Below the pieces are notes generated by a model. That model was not told the DNA's origin. It saw nothing but the letters and a program-made list of their open reading frames with translations, and made no database searches. A program made the position numbers and the translations under genes. Shown here piece after piece: positions 50,479-60,678 of a DNA stretch of 64,000 nucleotides (position 1 is the stretch's first letter; the number at the start of each line of letters is the position of its first letter). This stretch comes from Nitrospirota bacterium (lineage in GTDB: Bacteria > Nitrospirota > UBA9217): NCBI GenBank assembly GCA_963740085.1, contig CAVUCU010000001.1, positions 1,088,001 through 1,152,000 of the forward strand, given 5' to 3'.

Positions 50479-52344
50479 ATGCTTCAGATCACGAACCTGG
50501 AAAAATCCTATGGCAAACAACTGCTCTTCGACGGCGTCAGCTTCACCGTCAACCCGCGAGAGCGCGTCGGGCTCGTGGGCCGGAACGGCCACGGAAAGTC
50601 CACGCTCTTCCGCATGATCCTCGGCGAAGAGCACCAGGATGCCGGCACGATCACCACGCCATCGGGATACACCATCGGCCATTTGTCCCAGCACATCCAT
50701 TTCACCGAGGACACCGTGCTCAAGGAGGCCTGCCTGGCCCTTCCGAAGAATGAAGACCATATCGATGAATCATACAAGGCGGAGGCCGTCCTCCATGGAC
50801 TCGGGTTCGCCAATGATGACTTCGACCGGCCGCCTTCCTCGCTGTCCGGCGGATACCAGGTGCGTTTGAACCTGGCAAAAGTCCTGGTGTCGGGACCCAA
50901 CCTCCTGCTCCTTGACGAGCCCACGAATTATCTCGACATCGTCTCGGTCCGGTGGATCACGCAGTTCCTTCGCGCGTGGAGGAACGAGCTTATCATCATC
51001 ACCCACGACCGCGACTTTATGGACAGCGTCACCACCCATACCATGATCATCCACCGCTGCAAGATGCGGAAGGTCGCCGGGAGCACTCAGAAGCTCTATG
51101 ACCAGATCCTGCTGGAGGAAGAGATCTACGAGAAGACGCGCCAGAATGACGAAAAGAAGCGCAAAGAGGTTGAGCAGTTCATTAACCGGTTCCGCGCCCA
51201 GGCAACCAAGGCCAGCGCTGTCCAGTCGCGCATCAAGGCGCTCGCAAGGCACGAAACGCTCGGAAAGCTCGACGAGATCAAAAACCTCGACTTCAAGTTC
51301 CGGTCCGCGCCGTTTGAAGCGAAATGGCTGATGACCGTGGAGGACCTGTCCTTTGGATTCGAGAAGGACGGCCCGATGCTGATCGACGGACTCTCCTTTG
51401 CCGTGGGCAAGAAGGACCGCATTGCCGTGATCGGAAAGAACGGCAAGGGCAAGACCACGCTGCTGAACCTGCTGGCGAGGGAAATGTCGCCGACGAACGG
51501 AGAAATCAAGCTGCACCCCAATACAAAGATCGCCTACTTCGGGCAGACCAATATCGACCGTTTGCGTCCCGAAAAGACCGCGCTCCAGGAGATCATGGAC
51601 GCGCATCCGGACTATGCCCAGGGTGAGTCCCGCGCGATCTGCGGGCTCATGATGTTCGAGGGCGACAACGCTCTCAAGAAGGTGAGCGTGCTTTCCGGCG
51701 GGGAGAGGAGCCGGGTGCTGCTCGGCAAACTGCTCGTCTCGCCGGCCAACCTCCTGCTCCTCGACGAACCCACGAACCACCTGGACATGGAATCCATCGA
51801 CTCGCTGATCGAGGCTATCGAGGTCTTTGACGGCGCCGTCGTGATCGTGACCCACAGCGAGTTGATCCTGGAGGCCGTGGCTACCAAGCTCATCGTCTAT
51901 GATAACGATAGTGTATCGGTCTTCGAAGGAACATATTTTGATTTCCTCGATCGTGTGGGCTGGAGCGACGAGGGCGGGGTGCGCATAAAGAAGGGGAAGA
52001 AACAGGGCATCGATAAGAACGGCAGCAGAAAAGATTCAAAAAAGATCCGCGCCGCCATACTCACTGATAAATCGCGGAGCCTGAGCACGCTCAAAAAGAA
52101 GATCGCCGACATCGAAGAAGAGATCACAAAGCTCGAATTTGATGTGGAGCAGGACACGCAAAGACTCCTTGAAGTATCGGTCAAGGGCGAGGCACTGTCC
52201 ATCAAGCGGTTGTCGCAGGCCCTCCGCGATAACAAGGCGCGGATCGATACGCGCTTTGCGGAGCTCCAGGCCATCACCACCGAGCACGATGAAAAAGCGA
52301 AAGAGTTCGACCAGCAGTTGAACGAGCTGGCGCAGATATCGTAA
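50479..52344 (+). CDS. ABC-F family ATPase (YheS/Uup-like)
   Basis: Two NBDs (GRNGHGKST, LSGG, LDEPTN; GKNGKGKTT, LSGGE, LDEPTNH), C-terminal coiled coil, no TM segments. Confidence 0.9.
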   Translation: MLQITNLEKSYGKQLLFDGVSFTVNPRERVGLVGRNGHGKSTLFRMILGEEHQDAGTITTPSGYTIGHLSQHIHFTEDTVLKEACLALPKNEDHIDESYKAEAVLHGLGFANDDFDRPPSSLSGGYQVRLNLAKVLVSGPNLLLLDEPTNYLDIVSVRWITQFLRAWRNELIIITHDRDFMDSVTTHTMIIHRCKMRKVAGSTQKLYDQILLEEEIYEKTRQNDEKKRKEVEQFINRFRAQATKASAVQSRIKALARHETLGKLDEIKNLDFKFRSAPFEAKWLMTVEDLSFGFEKDGPMLIDGLSFAVGKKDRIAVIGKNGKGKTTLLNLLAREMSPTNGEIKLHPNTKIAYFGQTNIDRLRPEKTALQEIMDAHPDYAQGESRAICGLMMFEGDNALKKVSVLSGGERSRVLLGKLLVSPANLLLLDEPTNHLDMESIDSLIEAIEVFDGAVVIVTHSELILEAVATKLIVYDNDSVSVFEGTYFDFLDRVGWSDEGGVRIKKGKKQGIDKNGSRKDSKKIRAAILTDKSRSLSTLKKKIADIEEEITKLEFDVEQDTQRLLEVSVKGEALSIKRLSQALRDNKARIDTRFAELQAITTEHDEKAKEFDQQLNELAQIS

Positions 52345-52399
52345 AAAGACGATCTCGATGAGCAACAGGTTACACGCGGAGAAACCTAAATGCACGTGA

Positions 52400-52527
52400 G
52401 CCACAAGGCGCATGAGTCACAAAATAAATGAAATTGTACTGTTTATGTACTGCCTCACCGCTTCGGCGATTACGTTTTCCATTTCAAGTTCTTATTTCTT
52501 CTCTGTGATTTCTGTGCTTTATGTGGC
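52400..52527. repeat. Degenerate inverted element of the 9-nt family
   Basis: gccacaaggcgcatgagtcacaaaa ... tctctgtgatttctgtgctttatgtggc. Confidence 0.5.
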
Positions 52528-52610
52528 CAGTACCGCTTTTAGGAGAGATCTCAATCCTGTTGATCCTGTAGTCCTGTCAAAGATTTATTGACTTTTTTGG
52601 TGATGCCGTG

Positions 52611-54581
52611 ATGAAAGGCTTCAACCGCTTTCTCCTTCAATTCCGTCAAGATGTAAAGCAATGGCTTTTCTTCATGCTTTACCTGTCTTTCTTCCGCGTC
52701 TCTTTCATCCTCTATTTCAGAAGCAGGATCGAGCCCGCCACCGGCCTCTCCGATGTTGTGATGACAGCGCTGAACGGGCTGCGCTACGACTCCATGGTCT
52801 CCACCTGGTGGCTCCTGGTCCCTTTCCTGGCAAGCATCGCAGCCGGCTTCGCGAACTTCGACCGCCTCGCTGAACGCATCCGAACAGCCTTTGGCGCCCT
52901 TTTTATTCTCCTGACATCCATCGCCTGGGTCTTCACCTTCGTCTACTTCAAGGAATACAACGAGCAGTTCAACTACTTTATCTTCAACCTGTATTACGAC
53001 GACACAAAAGCGATCATGCAGACGATCTGGGCTGATTACCATCCCATTCCTGTGCTGATCATCATCAGCGTCATCTCGGTCATCGCGCTCTCGATAAGGA
53101 AGCGCTTCGTGCGGAACAGTATCGTCTCAAGGGAAACCGTTGCGCGTCCATTTTCACCGGTGTCCCGTGTCCTGGTGAGCCTGCTCATCCTCTCACTGCT
53201 CGTCGTGGCAGCTCGCGGTTCGATCGGACGCCGTCCGGCGCAGCGCAAGGACGCTGGCATCAGCAGGGACGCGTTCCTGAACAAGGCGGTGGTGAACCCT
53301 TATTTTTCGCTGCTCTTTGCCGTTCAGGACCACGTTCTTCAGACCGGCCTGGCAGGACTCGAACAATTCCTGCCTGACCGCAATGTGAGAAAAGCCGCTC
53401 AGGAACTGTTCCATGATCCGCGGTCCTTCGACAACCTCGATGCCTATCTGGAAAAGCACGCGAAGGGGCCGAAGGCCGTGCCGCCGCGCCATATTTTTCT
53501 GGTCGTCATGGAGAGCTACGATGCCTGGCCCTTCATCAAGAAGTACGCGTCCCTCGGCCTGACGGAAAATCTCTCCCGTCTCGCGAAGAACGGCATTTTC
53601 ATCGAGAACTTCGTGCCGGCCTCCGACGGGACCATGCAGTCGCTCACCGCGATCATAACGAGCATCCCCTATTCTCACGTTGAGATCAATTATCAGTTCA
53701 CGGCCCGAAGGCCTTATCCGTCGTCGCTGTTCGAGACGTTCAAGCGTCTCGGTTACCGTACGAGGCTGTTCTATGGAGGATATTTGAGCTGGCAGCGGTT
53801 CGGGGATTTCGCGAAGGACCAGGGTGCGGAGGAGATCTACGGGGCGCCGCATATGAGCACGGGCGCTGCAACCCACGAATGGGGCGTGGATGACGAATAT
53901 CTGCTCAACTTCGTCGCGAACACGGTGGATGACAGCCGGCCGAGCTTCAACATCATCATGACGACAAGCTACCACCCGCCCTATAATGTGGATGTGTGGG
54001 GCAAGGGATTTCCGTTGAAGCAGGTACCGCCCGATATCGCGCCGCTGTTCGACAATACCACAAGCCTCAGGATGCTCGGCCACTTGTGGTATTCGGACAA
54101 ATGTCTCGGCGACTTTGTGAAGAAGATCGAGAACAAGCTGCACCGTCCGCTCTTCGCCTTCACGGGCGACCATTTCGGCCGCAAGTTCATCAATGCGAGG
54201 CCGGAATTCTTCGAGCGCTCGGGGGTGCCGTTCATCTTATACGGGAGGGACGTGCTCAACGGGATCGCTGTGCCGCAGGGCGTTGCGGGCTCCCATATCG
54301 ACATCGGACCTACTCTCGTCGAGCTCGCGGCGCCAAAAGGGTTTACCTACTATTCGGTCGGACAAGACCTTCTCGCCCCGAGGAAAGAGTTTTTAGGCAT
54401 CGGCTGGTTCCGGGTAATCGGGAAGGATTTCATCCTCGATGTGTCGGGGGCTCCGCGGTTCTATCCGCTCCCGGGCAAAGCACTGCCAAAAAATCTGCCT
54501 GACATGAGTGCGTTGAAAGCGACGTTTGACCGCGCGTACGGCATCGGATGGTGGCGGGTGAGAAAAGGGGAAAAGCTGTAA
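52611..54581 (+). CDS. LtaS/OpgB-family phosphoglycerol transferase (sulfatase superfamily)
   Basis: Multi-TM N-terminus, VVMES, DGT (catalytic Thr position), TTSYHPPY, FTGDH, SHIDI.PT. Confidence 0.85.
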   Translation: MKGFNRFLLQFRQDVKQWLFFMLYLSFFRVSFILYFRSRIEPATGLSDVVMTALNGLRYDSMVSTWWLLVPFLASIAAGFANFDRLAERIRTAFGALFILLTSIAWVFTFVYFKEYNEQFNYFIFNLYYDDTKAIMQTIWADYHPIPVLIIISVISVIALSIRKRFVRNSIVSRETVARPFSPVSRVLVSLLILSLLVVAARGSIGRRPAQRKDAGISRDAFLNKAVVNPYFSLLFAVQDHVLQTGLAGLEQFLPDRNVRKAAQELFHDPRSFDNLDAYLEKHAKGPKAVPPRHIFLVVMESYDAWPFIKKYASLGLTENLSRLAKNGIFIENFVPASDGTMQSLTAIITSIPYSHVEINYQFTARRPYPSSLFETFKRLGYRTRLFYGGYLSWQRFGDFAKDQGAEEIYGAPHMSTGAATHEWGVDDEYLLNFVANTVDDSRPSFNIIMTTSYHPPYNVDVWGKGFPLKQVPPDIAPLFDNTTSLRMLGHLWYSDKCLGDFVKKIENKLHRPLFAFTGDHFGRKFINARPEFFERSGVPFILYGRDVLNGIAVPQGVAGSHIDIGPTLVELAAPKGFTYYSVGQDLLAPRKEFLGIGWFRVIGKDFILDVSGAPRFYPLPGKALPKNLPDMSALKATFDRAYGIGWWRVRKGEKL

Positions 54582-54625
54582 GGGCGGCACCCGAACCTTC
54601 GCGATAAAAACCTGTCCGTTCCCTT

Positions 54626-55162
54626 CTATTTCCCCGAAGTCAATTCCTTGATCGTTTGCTTTATCGTAACCGCATCGGGCGCATTGGGCGCTAATTCAAG
54701 ATACCGGTTCAACTCTTTTACGGCCTCCGGCTTCTTGTGCAGGTCAAACGCCAGCACCACGCCGAGATTGCGGTGTCCATTGGGGAAGTTGGGGTCGATC
54801 TTGAGCGCCTTGCGGTACTGCTCAACCGCCTGGTCAAACTTGCGTACCCCGCGATAGCAGGTCCCCTGGTCCACCAGCACGTTCACATTCTTCGGCTCAA
54901 GGGCGAGGGCCTTCCCATAAGCATCGATGGCCTCGGCGAAGCGCTGCGAATCCATCAAGGCGTTGCCGAGATCGGTCCAGGCCTGTGCGTTCTTCGGCGC
55001 CATCTTTGCCGCCTGCGCCATCTGGTCGATCTGAAGCTGCGCCGGCGGCGGCACCGCAGGCGCATACGTTATCTGCTGCTGCTGCTTCTGCTCCTGCTTC
55101 TGACATCCGAAGGCCACCAGCATCACCAACAACACAACCGCTACTATAACGATCTTTTTCAT
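54626..55162 (-). CDS. TPR lipoprotein
   Basis: Lipobox VAFGC; three TPR-like units. Confidence 0.85.
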   Translation of the reverse strand: MKKIVIVAVVLLVMLVAFGCQKQEQKQQQQITYAPAVPPPAQLQIDQMAQAAKMAPKNAQAWTDLGNALMDSQRFAEAIDAYGKALALEPKNVNVLVDQGTCYRGVRKFDQAVEQYRKALKIDPNFPNGHRNLGVVLAFDLHKKPEAVKELNRYLELAPNAPDAVTIKQTIKELTSGK

Positions 55163-55248
55163 GATTCCTCCTTAAGAGAGATGACAGACGAAGGACCGAT
55201 GCTTATCGTTAAGCCGGTCTTCCGCCTTCAGCCTTCCACCTTCTGTAC

Positions 55249-55566
55249 TTACCTTTTAATGAACGAACAGCAGTAATCGCTCAGTCTTTTTACTTTCATC
55301 GTGAACTTGGAATTGGGGGCCACTGCAAAGGACCCGCCGTCCTTGACCGGCATCCAGTTCTTCTCGCCCGGCAGGAGCACCTCAAGATCGCCGGACATGA
55401 TCTCCATGATCTCCTTGTCGGACGTGTTGAACTCGTACACACCGGGCAGCATCACGCCGAGGGTCTTCTTGGAGCCGTCGGGAAAGACCACCGTCCTGCT
55501 GGTCACCTTGCCGTCGAAATAGATGTTCGCCTTTTTGACCACGGTAACGTTCTTGAATTCTGACAT
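55249..55566 (-). CDS. ppnP: Pyrimidine/purine nucleoside phosphorylase (DUF1255)
   Basis: [24 protein letters not shown]...E.M, YCCSF. Confidence 0.9.
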   Translation of the reverse strand: MSEFKNVTVVKKANIYFDGKVTSRTVVFPDGSKKTLGVMLPGVYEFNTSDKEIMEIMSGDLEVLLPGEKNWMPVKDGGSFAVAPNSKFTMKVKRLSDYCCSFIKR

Positions 55567-55587
55567 TTTTCACCTCCAAAAGTATCC

Positions 55588-55673
55588 GTAATGAGTGAAA
55601 AGTGATGCGTGAGGCGAAACGTCTCTTCGATGGCTTACTCCTTACCCCTCACACTTCACCCTTCACACTTCAC
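55588..55673. repeat. Inverted element with 7-nt-period arms
   Basis: gtaatga gtgaaaa gtgatgc gtgaggc ... ccttac ccctcac acttcac ccttcac acttcac. Confidence 0.7.
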
Positions 55674-55680
55674 GGCTTCT

Positions 55681-57375
55681 CTATCTCGTCAAATGCCGGT
55701 ACTTGATCCGGTGGGGCTGGTCCGCGTCGGCGCCAAGCCGTTTCTTCCGGTCTTCCTCATACTCCGAATAGTTCCCGTCAAAGAAAACCACCTTGCTCTC
55801 GCCTTCGAAGGCAAGCATGTGCGTCGCGATCCTGTCGAGGAACCAGCGGTCGTGGCTGATCACCACGGCGCAGCCCGCGAAGTTCTCGAGCCCCTCCTCG
55901 AGCGCCCGCATGGTGTTCACGTCGATGTCGTTCGTGGGCTCGTCGAGCAGCAGCACGTTCGCCTCCTCCTTCAGGACCCGCGCGAGGTGCACCCGGTTCC
56001 GCTCCCCGCCCGAGAGCACGCCGACCTTCTTCTGCTGGTCGGTGCCCCCGAAGTTGAAGCGCGACACATAGGCGCGGGAGTTCATCAAAAGCTTGCCGAG
56101 CTGGACCTGCTCCTGGCCGCCGGTGATCACCTCCCAGATGGTCTTGTTCGGGTCGAGCACGTCGCGGCTCTGGTCAACATACCCGAGCTTCACGGTCTCG
56201 CCGACCCTGATCGTGCCGGTGTCCGGCTTGTCCTGGCCCGTGATCATGCGGAAGAGCGTGGTCTTGCCCGCTCCGTTCGGCCCGATCACGCCCACAATGC
56301 CGCCCGGCGGGAGCATGAAGCTCATGCCCTCGACGAGGATGTTGTCACCGTAGGCCTTGGTCACGTTCTCGGCCTCGATCACCACCTTGCCGAGCCGCGG
56401 TCCCGGGGGTATGTAGATCTCCAGTTCCTTGCCGCGCGCCTCCGTCTGCTGGCGAAGCAGCTCTTCGTAGGACGTTATGCGCGCCTTTGATTTCGCATGC
56501 CTGCCCTTGGGCGACATCCTGATCCACTCGAGTTCGCGCTGGAGCGTCTTCTGGCGTTCGCTCTCGGACTTCTCCTCGAGCTTCAGCCGGGTTCCCTTCT
56601 GTTCCAGCCAGGAAGAGTAGTTGCCCTTCCACGGGATGCCCTGGCCGCGGTCGAGTTCGAGGATCCAGCCTGCAACGTTATCAAGGAAGTAGCGGTCGTG
56701 GGTCACGGCAATGACCGTGCCCTCGTATTTCTGGAGATGGTGCTCGAGCCAGGCAACGGATTCAGCATCGAGATGGTTCGTGGGCTCGTCGAGAAGAAGG
56801 ATGTCCGGCTTCTGGAGCAGCAGTCTGCAGAGCGCCACGCGCCGCTTCTCGCCGCCGGAAAGCACCTTCACCACCGTATCGCCGGGCGGGCAGCGCAGGG
56901 CGTCCATGGCCATCTCGAGCCTGCTGTCCAGCTCCCAGGCGTTCAGATGGTCGAGCTTTTCCTGCACCTTGCCCTGGCGTTCGATGAGCTTGTTCATCTC
57001 ATCATCAGACATGGGATCGGCGAAGCTCTCGTTGATCTTGTTGTACTCGTTCATCAGGTTTACGGAGTCCTGCACACCCTCCTCAACGACCTGACGCACG
57101 GTCTTCGCGGGGTCGAGCTTCGGCTCCTGTTCGAGAATGCCGACCGTATAGCCCGAGGCGACAACGACCTCTCCGACGAACTCCTTGTCCAAGCCGGCCA
57201 TGATCCGGAGAAGCGAGCTCTTGCCCGATCCGTTCAGGCCGAGCACGCCGATCTTGGCGCCGTAGAAGTAGGAAAGGTAGATGTCCTTCAGCACCGGCTT
57301 CTTGTCGTAGAACTTGCCCACCCCCACCATGGAGTAGATGATCTTGTTCGGTTCAGCTGCCATAGGCGTTTTCAT
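55681..57375 (-). CDS. ettA: Energy-dependent translational throttle protein EttA
   Basis: [52 protein letters not shown]. Confidence 0.95.
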   Translation of the reverse strand: MKTPMAAEPNKIIYSMVGVGKFYDKKPVLKDIYLSYFYGAKIGVLGLNGSGKSSLLRIMAGLDKEFVGEVVVASGYTVGILEQEPKLDPAKTVRQVVEEGVQDSVNLMNEYNKINESFADPMSDDEMNKLIERQGKVQEKLDHLNAWELDSRLEMAMDALRCPPGDTVVKVLSGGEKRRVALCRLLLQKPDILLLDEPTNHLDAESVAWLEHHLQKYEGTVIAVTHDRYFLDNVAGWILELDRGQGIPWKGNYSSWLEQKGTRLKLEEKSESERQKTLQRELEWIRMSPKGRHAKSKARITSYEELLRQQTEARGKELEIYIPPGPRLGKVVIEAENVTKAYGDNILVEGMSFMLPPGGIVGVIGPNGAGKTTLFRMITGQDKPDTGTIRVGETVKLGYVDQSRDVLDPNKTIWEVITGGQEQVQLGKLLMNSRAYVSRFNFGGTDQQKKVGVLSGGERNRVHLARVLKEEANVLLLDEPTNDIDVNTMRALEEGLENFAGCAVVISHDRWFLDRIATHMLAFEGESKVVFFDGNYSEYEEDRKKRLGADADQPHRIKYRHLTR

Positions 57376-58077
57376 TCCTTCCGGGAAAATAGTAAGGTCT
57401 TTTGTACACTGTATGATGGGTGCATGTCAATAATAAAAAAGGTTCTTCTGCCTTTTCTGTGGGTCTCTTAATTACGGGTATCGCTTTTTATTCTTCATGA
57501 ACAATCTGTTTCCCGAATGTTATCTAAGTTGGCCATTGTCCCAGGTGTGCATGGATTTTTTTGGGCAGCTCATCACTCGGCCGCGCAGCATGCCGGGAAG
57601 ATGTACAGCACCTCCACCCTGATATGCAGGACTCGCATCACTCCACCCTCGCCCTTTAAAAAAGGGCTCGGCCGTGTCTGCCTTGTCTTGTTCTGGTAAC
57701 TATGATCTGTGCTGCATTGCTCTGCGCGGCTTTCGCTCAGAGCTACCCGGCGCAGGGGAACGGCAGAACTCTTTGCCTTTCCAGAAGCCCCTGCATCCCA
57801 TGAACAGGTTCGCGCACAAGCATGCCAAGGGAGAAAAGACCGAAGTTGCCACAAAGCCAGGCAGACACACCGTGCTCTTGCGATAACGCGGGTGCAGGCG
57901 GCCAATCTAAGGGAAGTGCTGCGACACTCGAAAGGCTTATTATCAATACCGGCAATCATGCCCTGCGCGGAGCTGTGAACTGGGGTGCAGAATAAAATAG
58001 GACCGCGACATGATAAAAAAGGCACGGCACGATGGTGAGCCTGAGAGAACTATACGGTGAAGGTCTTTGCGCAGGTA

Positions 58078-58263
58078 TCATATCCCATGGCAGGCGGAAC
58101 AGAGGTCCGGCAGGCGAAGCTTACCCTTGGTGTCGGCTCCTTTTGCCGCTGCATTATGCTGGATGACTCCCTCCTGGTGCGGGTTGTGACAGGTGGAGCA
58201 GGTAACACGCCCGCGCGGCACGATCGGCAGGATGACAGAGAGCCTTTCTTCGGCTTTATTCAT
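58078..58263 (-). pseudogene. C-terminal fragment of a multiheme cytochrome c (two CxxCH, no signal peptide)
   Basis: CSTCHNPH and CSACH; bounded upstream by the HDAC stop codon. Confidence 0.65.
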
Positions 58264-58284
58264 ATTGTTGAAGGTGCACGCGCT

Positions 58285-59211
58285 CTAAGCCTTCAGCATC
58301 TCCTCGATCGTTATCTGCACCGAATCGCAGAGCGAGGGAAGATCGTAGCCGCCTTCGAGCACGAATATCACCGGACAGGAAGCGCAGGAACAGGAATCCA
58401 GGATGCTCCGGACGATCGCGCGGATGCCTTCATGCGTGACACGAATGTTCGCGTGGGTGTCGTTCACATGGATGTCGTAGCCGGCGGACACGAGGATCAT
58501 GTCCGGATTGACCTGTCGAACAATGCTGGGAAGGATATTTTGATAGACATAGATATAATCTTTATCGCCCGACCCCGCCAATATCGGCATATTGTACGTG
58601 AAACCCGCGCCCTTGCCCCTGCCCCGCTCCATGTCCTTGCCCGAACCGGGATAGTAGGGGTACTGGTGCGTGCTGAAATAAAAAACGGCATCATCCTCTT
58701 CGAAGATGTGCTGCGTTCCGTTCCCATGGTGGGCGTCGAAGTCGATGATGAACACGCGCTCATACCCCTGGGCCAGGGCATACCGGGCGCCGATCGCGAC
58801 ATTGTTGAAGATGCAGAACCCCATGCCCCGGTCCGCCTCGGCGTGGTGCCCGGGAGGCCGTATTGCGCAGAACGCGCGCTCGATGGTTCCCTTCAGGCAT
58901 TGGTCCACCGCCTCCATGACCGCGCCCGCGGCATGGAGCGCCGCCTCAAGCGTTCCCGGAGACAGATACGTGTCCGGATCCAGCTCTCCTGCTCCGAAGT
59001 TTTTGATCTTCTCAATGTACTCGCGCGTATGCACGCGGGCGAGGTCCTCAATGCCGGCCCGGCGCGGCTTCAGGAGGATCAGGTCGGGCCAGAAGCGGGA
59101 GGTTTTAAGGATGGCGTGAATGGCCTCGAGCCGGTCTTTGGAGTCGGGATGCCACACCGGCGGCTCGTGTCGCAGGAAGACTTCATCGTAGACGAACCCG
59201 ACTCTTTTCAT
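58285..59211 (-). CDS. Histone deacetylase-family amidohydrolase
   Basis: RPPGHHA, GFCIFNN, DFDAHHGNGTQ, SAGYD, LEGGY. Confidence 0.93.
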   Translation of the reverse strand: MKRVGFVYDEVFLRHEPPVWHPDSKDRLEAIHAILKTSRFWPDLILLKPRRAGIEDLARVHTREYIEKIKNFGAGELDPDTYLSPGTLEAALHAAGAVMEAVDQCLKGTIERAFCAIRPPGHHAEADRGMGFCIFNNVAIGARYALAQGYERVFIIDFDAHHGNGTQHIFEEDDAVFYFSTHQYPYYPGSGKDMERGRGKGAGFTYNMPILAGSGDKDYIYVYQNILPSIVRQVNPDMILVSAGYDIHVNDTHANIRVTHEGIRAIVRSILDSCSCASCPVIFVLEGGYDLPSLCDSVQITIEEMLKA

Positions 59212-59267
59212 AAAAGGATCTTACCCTCGCTTCAGGGCATTGCCGGAGCAACGGCGGAAACACCCGA

Positions 59268-59849
59268 TCAATAGTGGAAAGCCTGGAGATCCGCCTTCAT
59301 GCGCTCAACGGCGGCCCGGAGCGACGTTGCGGAAGGCAGGGACGGCTTCTCCCCGAGGGTTGACCTGACGAGTTCGTCAGCCGCGGCGGACAGCACCGCC
59401 TGCTGTTCCTTGAGACGGACGATTTTTTCACGGATTCCTCTCCGCATGCCGTCCAGCTCCTCGGCCAGCAATTGGAACTCTTCCTCTTTACTGAGACTGA
59501 CCTCGCTCGCCAGATCGCCGCCGCCAATTCTCATAATGTCCTTTTTGATGGAATAGAGCGGCGGGGAAAGCCTCTTCCAGAGAGAATTGATGGTAGTGGC
59601 CAGGATGGCGGCGAATACCAGCAATGAGATCACGTGAACGCCGACCGTGACCGGCAGCAGCAGTTCGCTCGTCGTTTTAATATCGATGTAGGATGAATAG
59701 CGTATTGCATCCAACCTTTTTCCCGCCAGGTAGGAAAACAGCATGATCGTGGCCGCCGCCCATATGGCTGCAACGGCGACAAATCTCAGGATAAAACGCG
59801 ATTGAAAATCTTTATCGATAAAATATTTTTTTCTGTTAATGGCCGGCAT
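59268..59849 (-). CDS. Two-TM HAMP-domain protein with no output domain
   Basis: RKKYFIDKDFQ N-terminus, 2 TM segments, PL..I...I..GDL...EF..LA HAMP pattern. Confidence 0.75.
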   Translation of the reverse strand: MPAINRKKYFIDKDFQSRFILRFVAVAAIWAAATIMLFSYLAGKRLDAIRYSSYIDIKTTSELLLPVTVGVHVISLLVFAAILATTINSLWKRLSPPLYSIKKDIMRIGGGDLASEVSLSKEEEFQLLAEELDGMRRGIREKIVRLKEQQAVLSAAADELVRSTLGEKPSLPSATSLRAAVERMKADLQAFHY

Positions 59850-59864
59850 GATTGGCTCCCGTAT

Positions 59865-60437
59865 TTATGTTCTCATCTCCGAAAGACTGCGCTCGATTTT
59901 TTTAACGTTATTCGACAGGTCTCCCGTTATCTGTTTGAGCGCAACCCCGTCCTTGTCCTGTTGGATGAGGTCGGACACTTTTTTCGACTGACTGTCAATG
60001 GCGGCAAGTGCGTCCCTGACCGCATGAATGCGGCCCCGGTATTGCGAGGCCATCTCATTCAGCAGGTCCGCCATGTCCGTAAGGTTGTCCTTCCGGCGAA
60101 ATTTGATATTGCCGGTCAGATCGCCCTGGGCGATCCTGGCTGCCTCCAGGCCGATACGGTAAGCCGGGCCGACTATGCGGTGGGAATAGACCAGATGAAG
60201 CGCCACCATCGCCAGAACGATGAGAACAGAGGTAACGGCATAGAGCATCGCAACTCTCCAGAACAGTACGTTCCCGATCTCGCGCACCTGGGCCTGTACG
60301 TTATGATAGCCTTCGCCAAGATCCGCAGGGAACGACCAGAACACGCCCCATCCGGTGATCACGGCGCCGAGCACTACGATCGCCAGCGAGTTAATAAAGA
60401 GAAACAACCGGTAATTTCTTCGGGTGGTGAGTCCCAT
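59865..60437 (-). CDS. Two-TM HAMP-domain protein with no output domain
   Basis: 2 TM segments, SHRIVGP, IAQGDL...FRRKD.L..MA..LN. Confidence 0.75.
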   Translation of the reverse strand: MGLTTRRNYRLFLFINSLAIVVLGAVITGWGVFWSFPADLGEGYHNVQAQVREIGNVLFWRVAMLYAVTSVLIVLAMVALHLVYSHRIVGPAYRIGLEAARIAQGDLTGNIKFRRKDNLTDMADLLNEMASQYRGRIHAVRDALAAIDSQSKKVSDLIQQDKDGVALKQITGDLSNNVKKIERSLSEMRT

Positions 60438-60678
60438 GGCACGCCTCCTGGTTCAGGATCACTTTCGTTCTTATACGGAATACTTTAACAAAAGTCTTCC
60501 AATAGTGCAAGGATCATTAACGTGAAATGAAAATGCGGCTTGCTTTGGTCCGGGTAACTTGATATCATTGGGATACGATCATGATGCTTTACCATGCATC
60601 AGCTGTGTTCAACATAACCGGACAGGAAGATGAATAGAATGAGCATGACATCGTTCGCTCGCAATTTTTAAGGAGCAC

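Noticed and set aside
50479-57375. Two ABC-F genes as an antibiotic-resistance locus
   Set aside because: One is clearly EttA and the other resembles housekeeping YheS/Uup; there is no mobile context.
57573-58025. 150-aa minus-strand ORF and overlapping small ORFs
   Set aside because: No recognisable motifs in the frames examined; probably a degraded gene remnant.
58285-58287. Pyrrolysine readthrough fusing HDAC to a diheme domain
   Set aside because: HDAC ends at its normal length, no pyl genes are seen, and a cytoplasmic fusion would not receive heme c.
60438-60678. GEMM-I cyclic dinucleotide riboswitch upstream of the omcS-like gene, as in Geobacter
   Set aside because: No GGcAAAC..GAAA..CGCAAAGC pattern visible on either strand.
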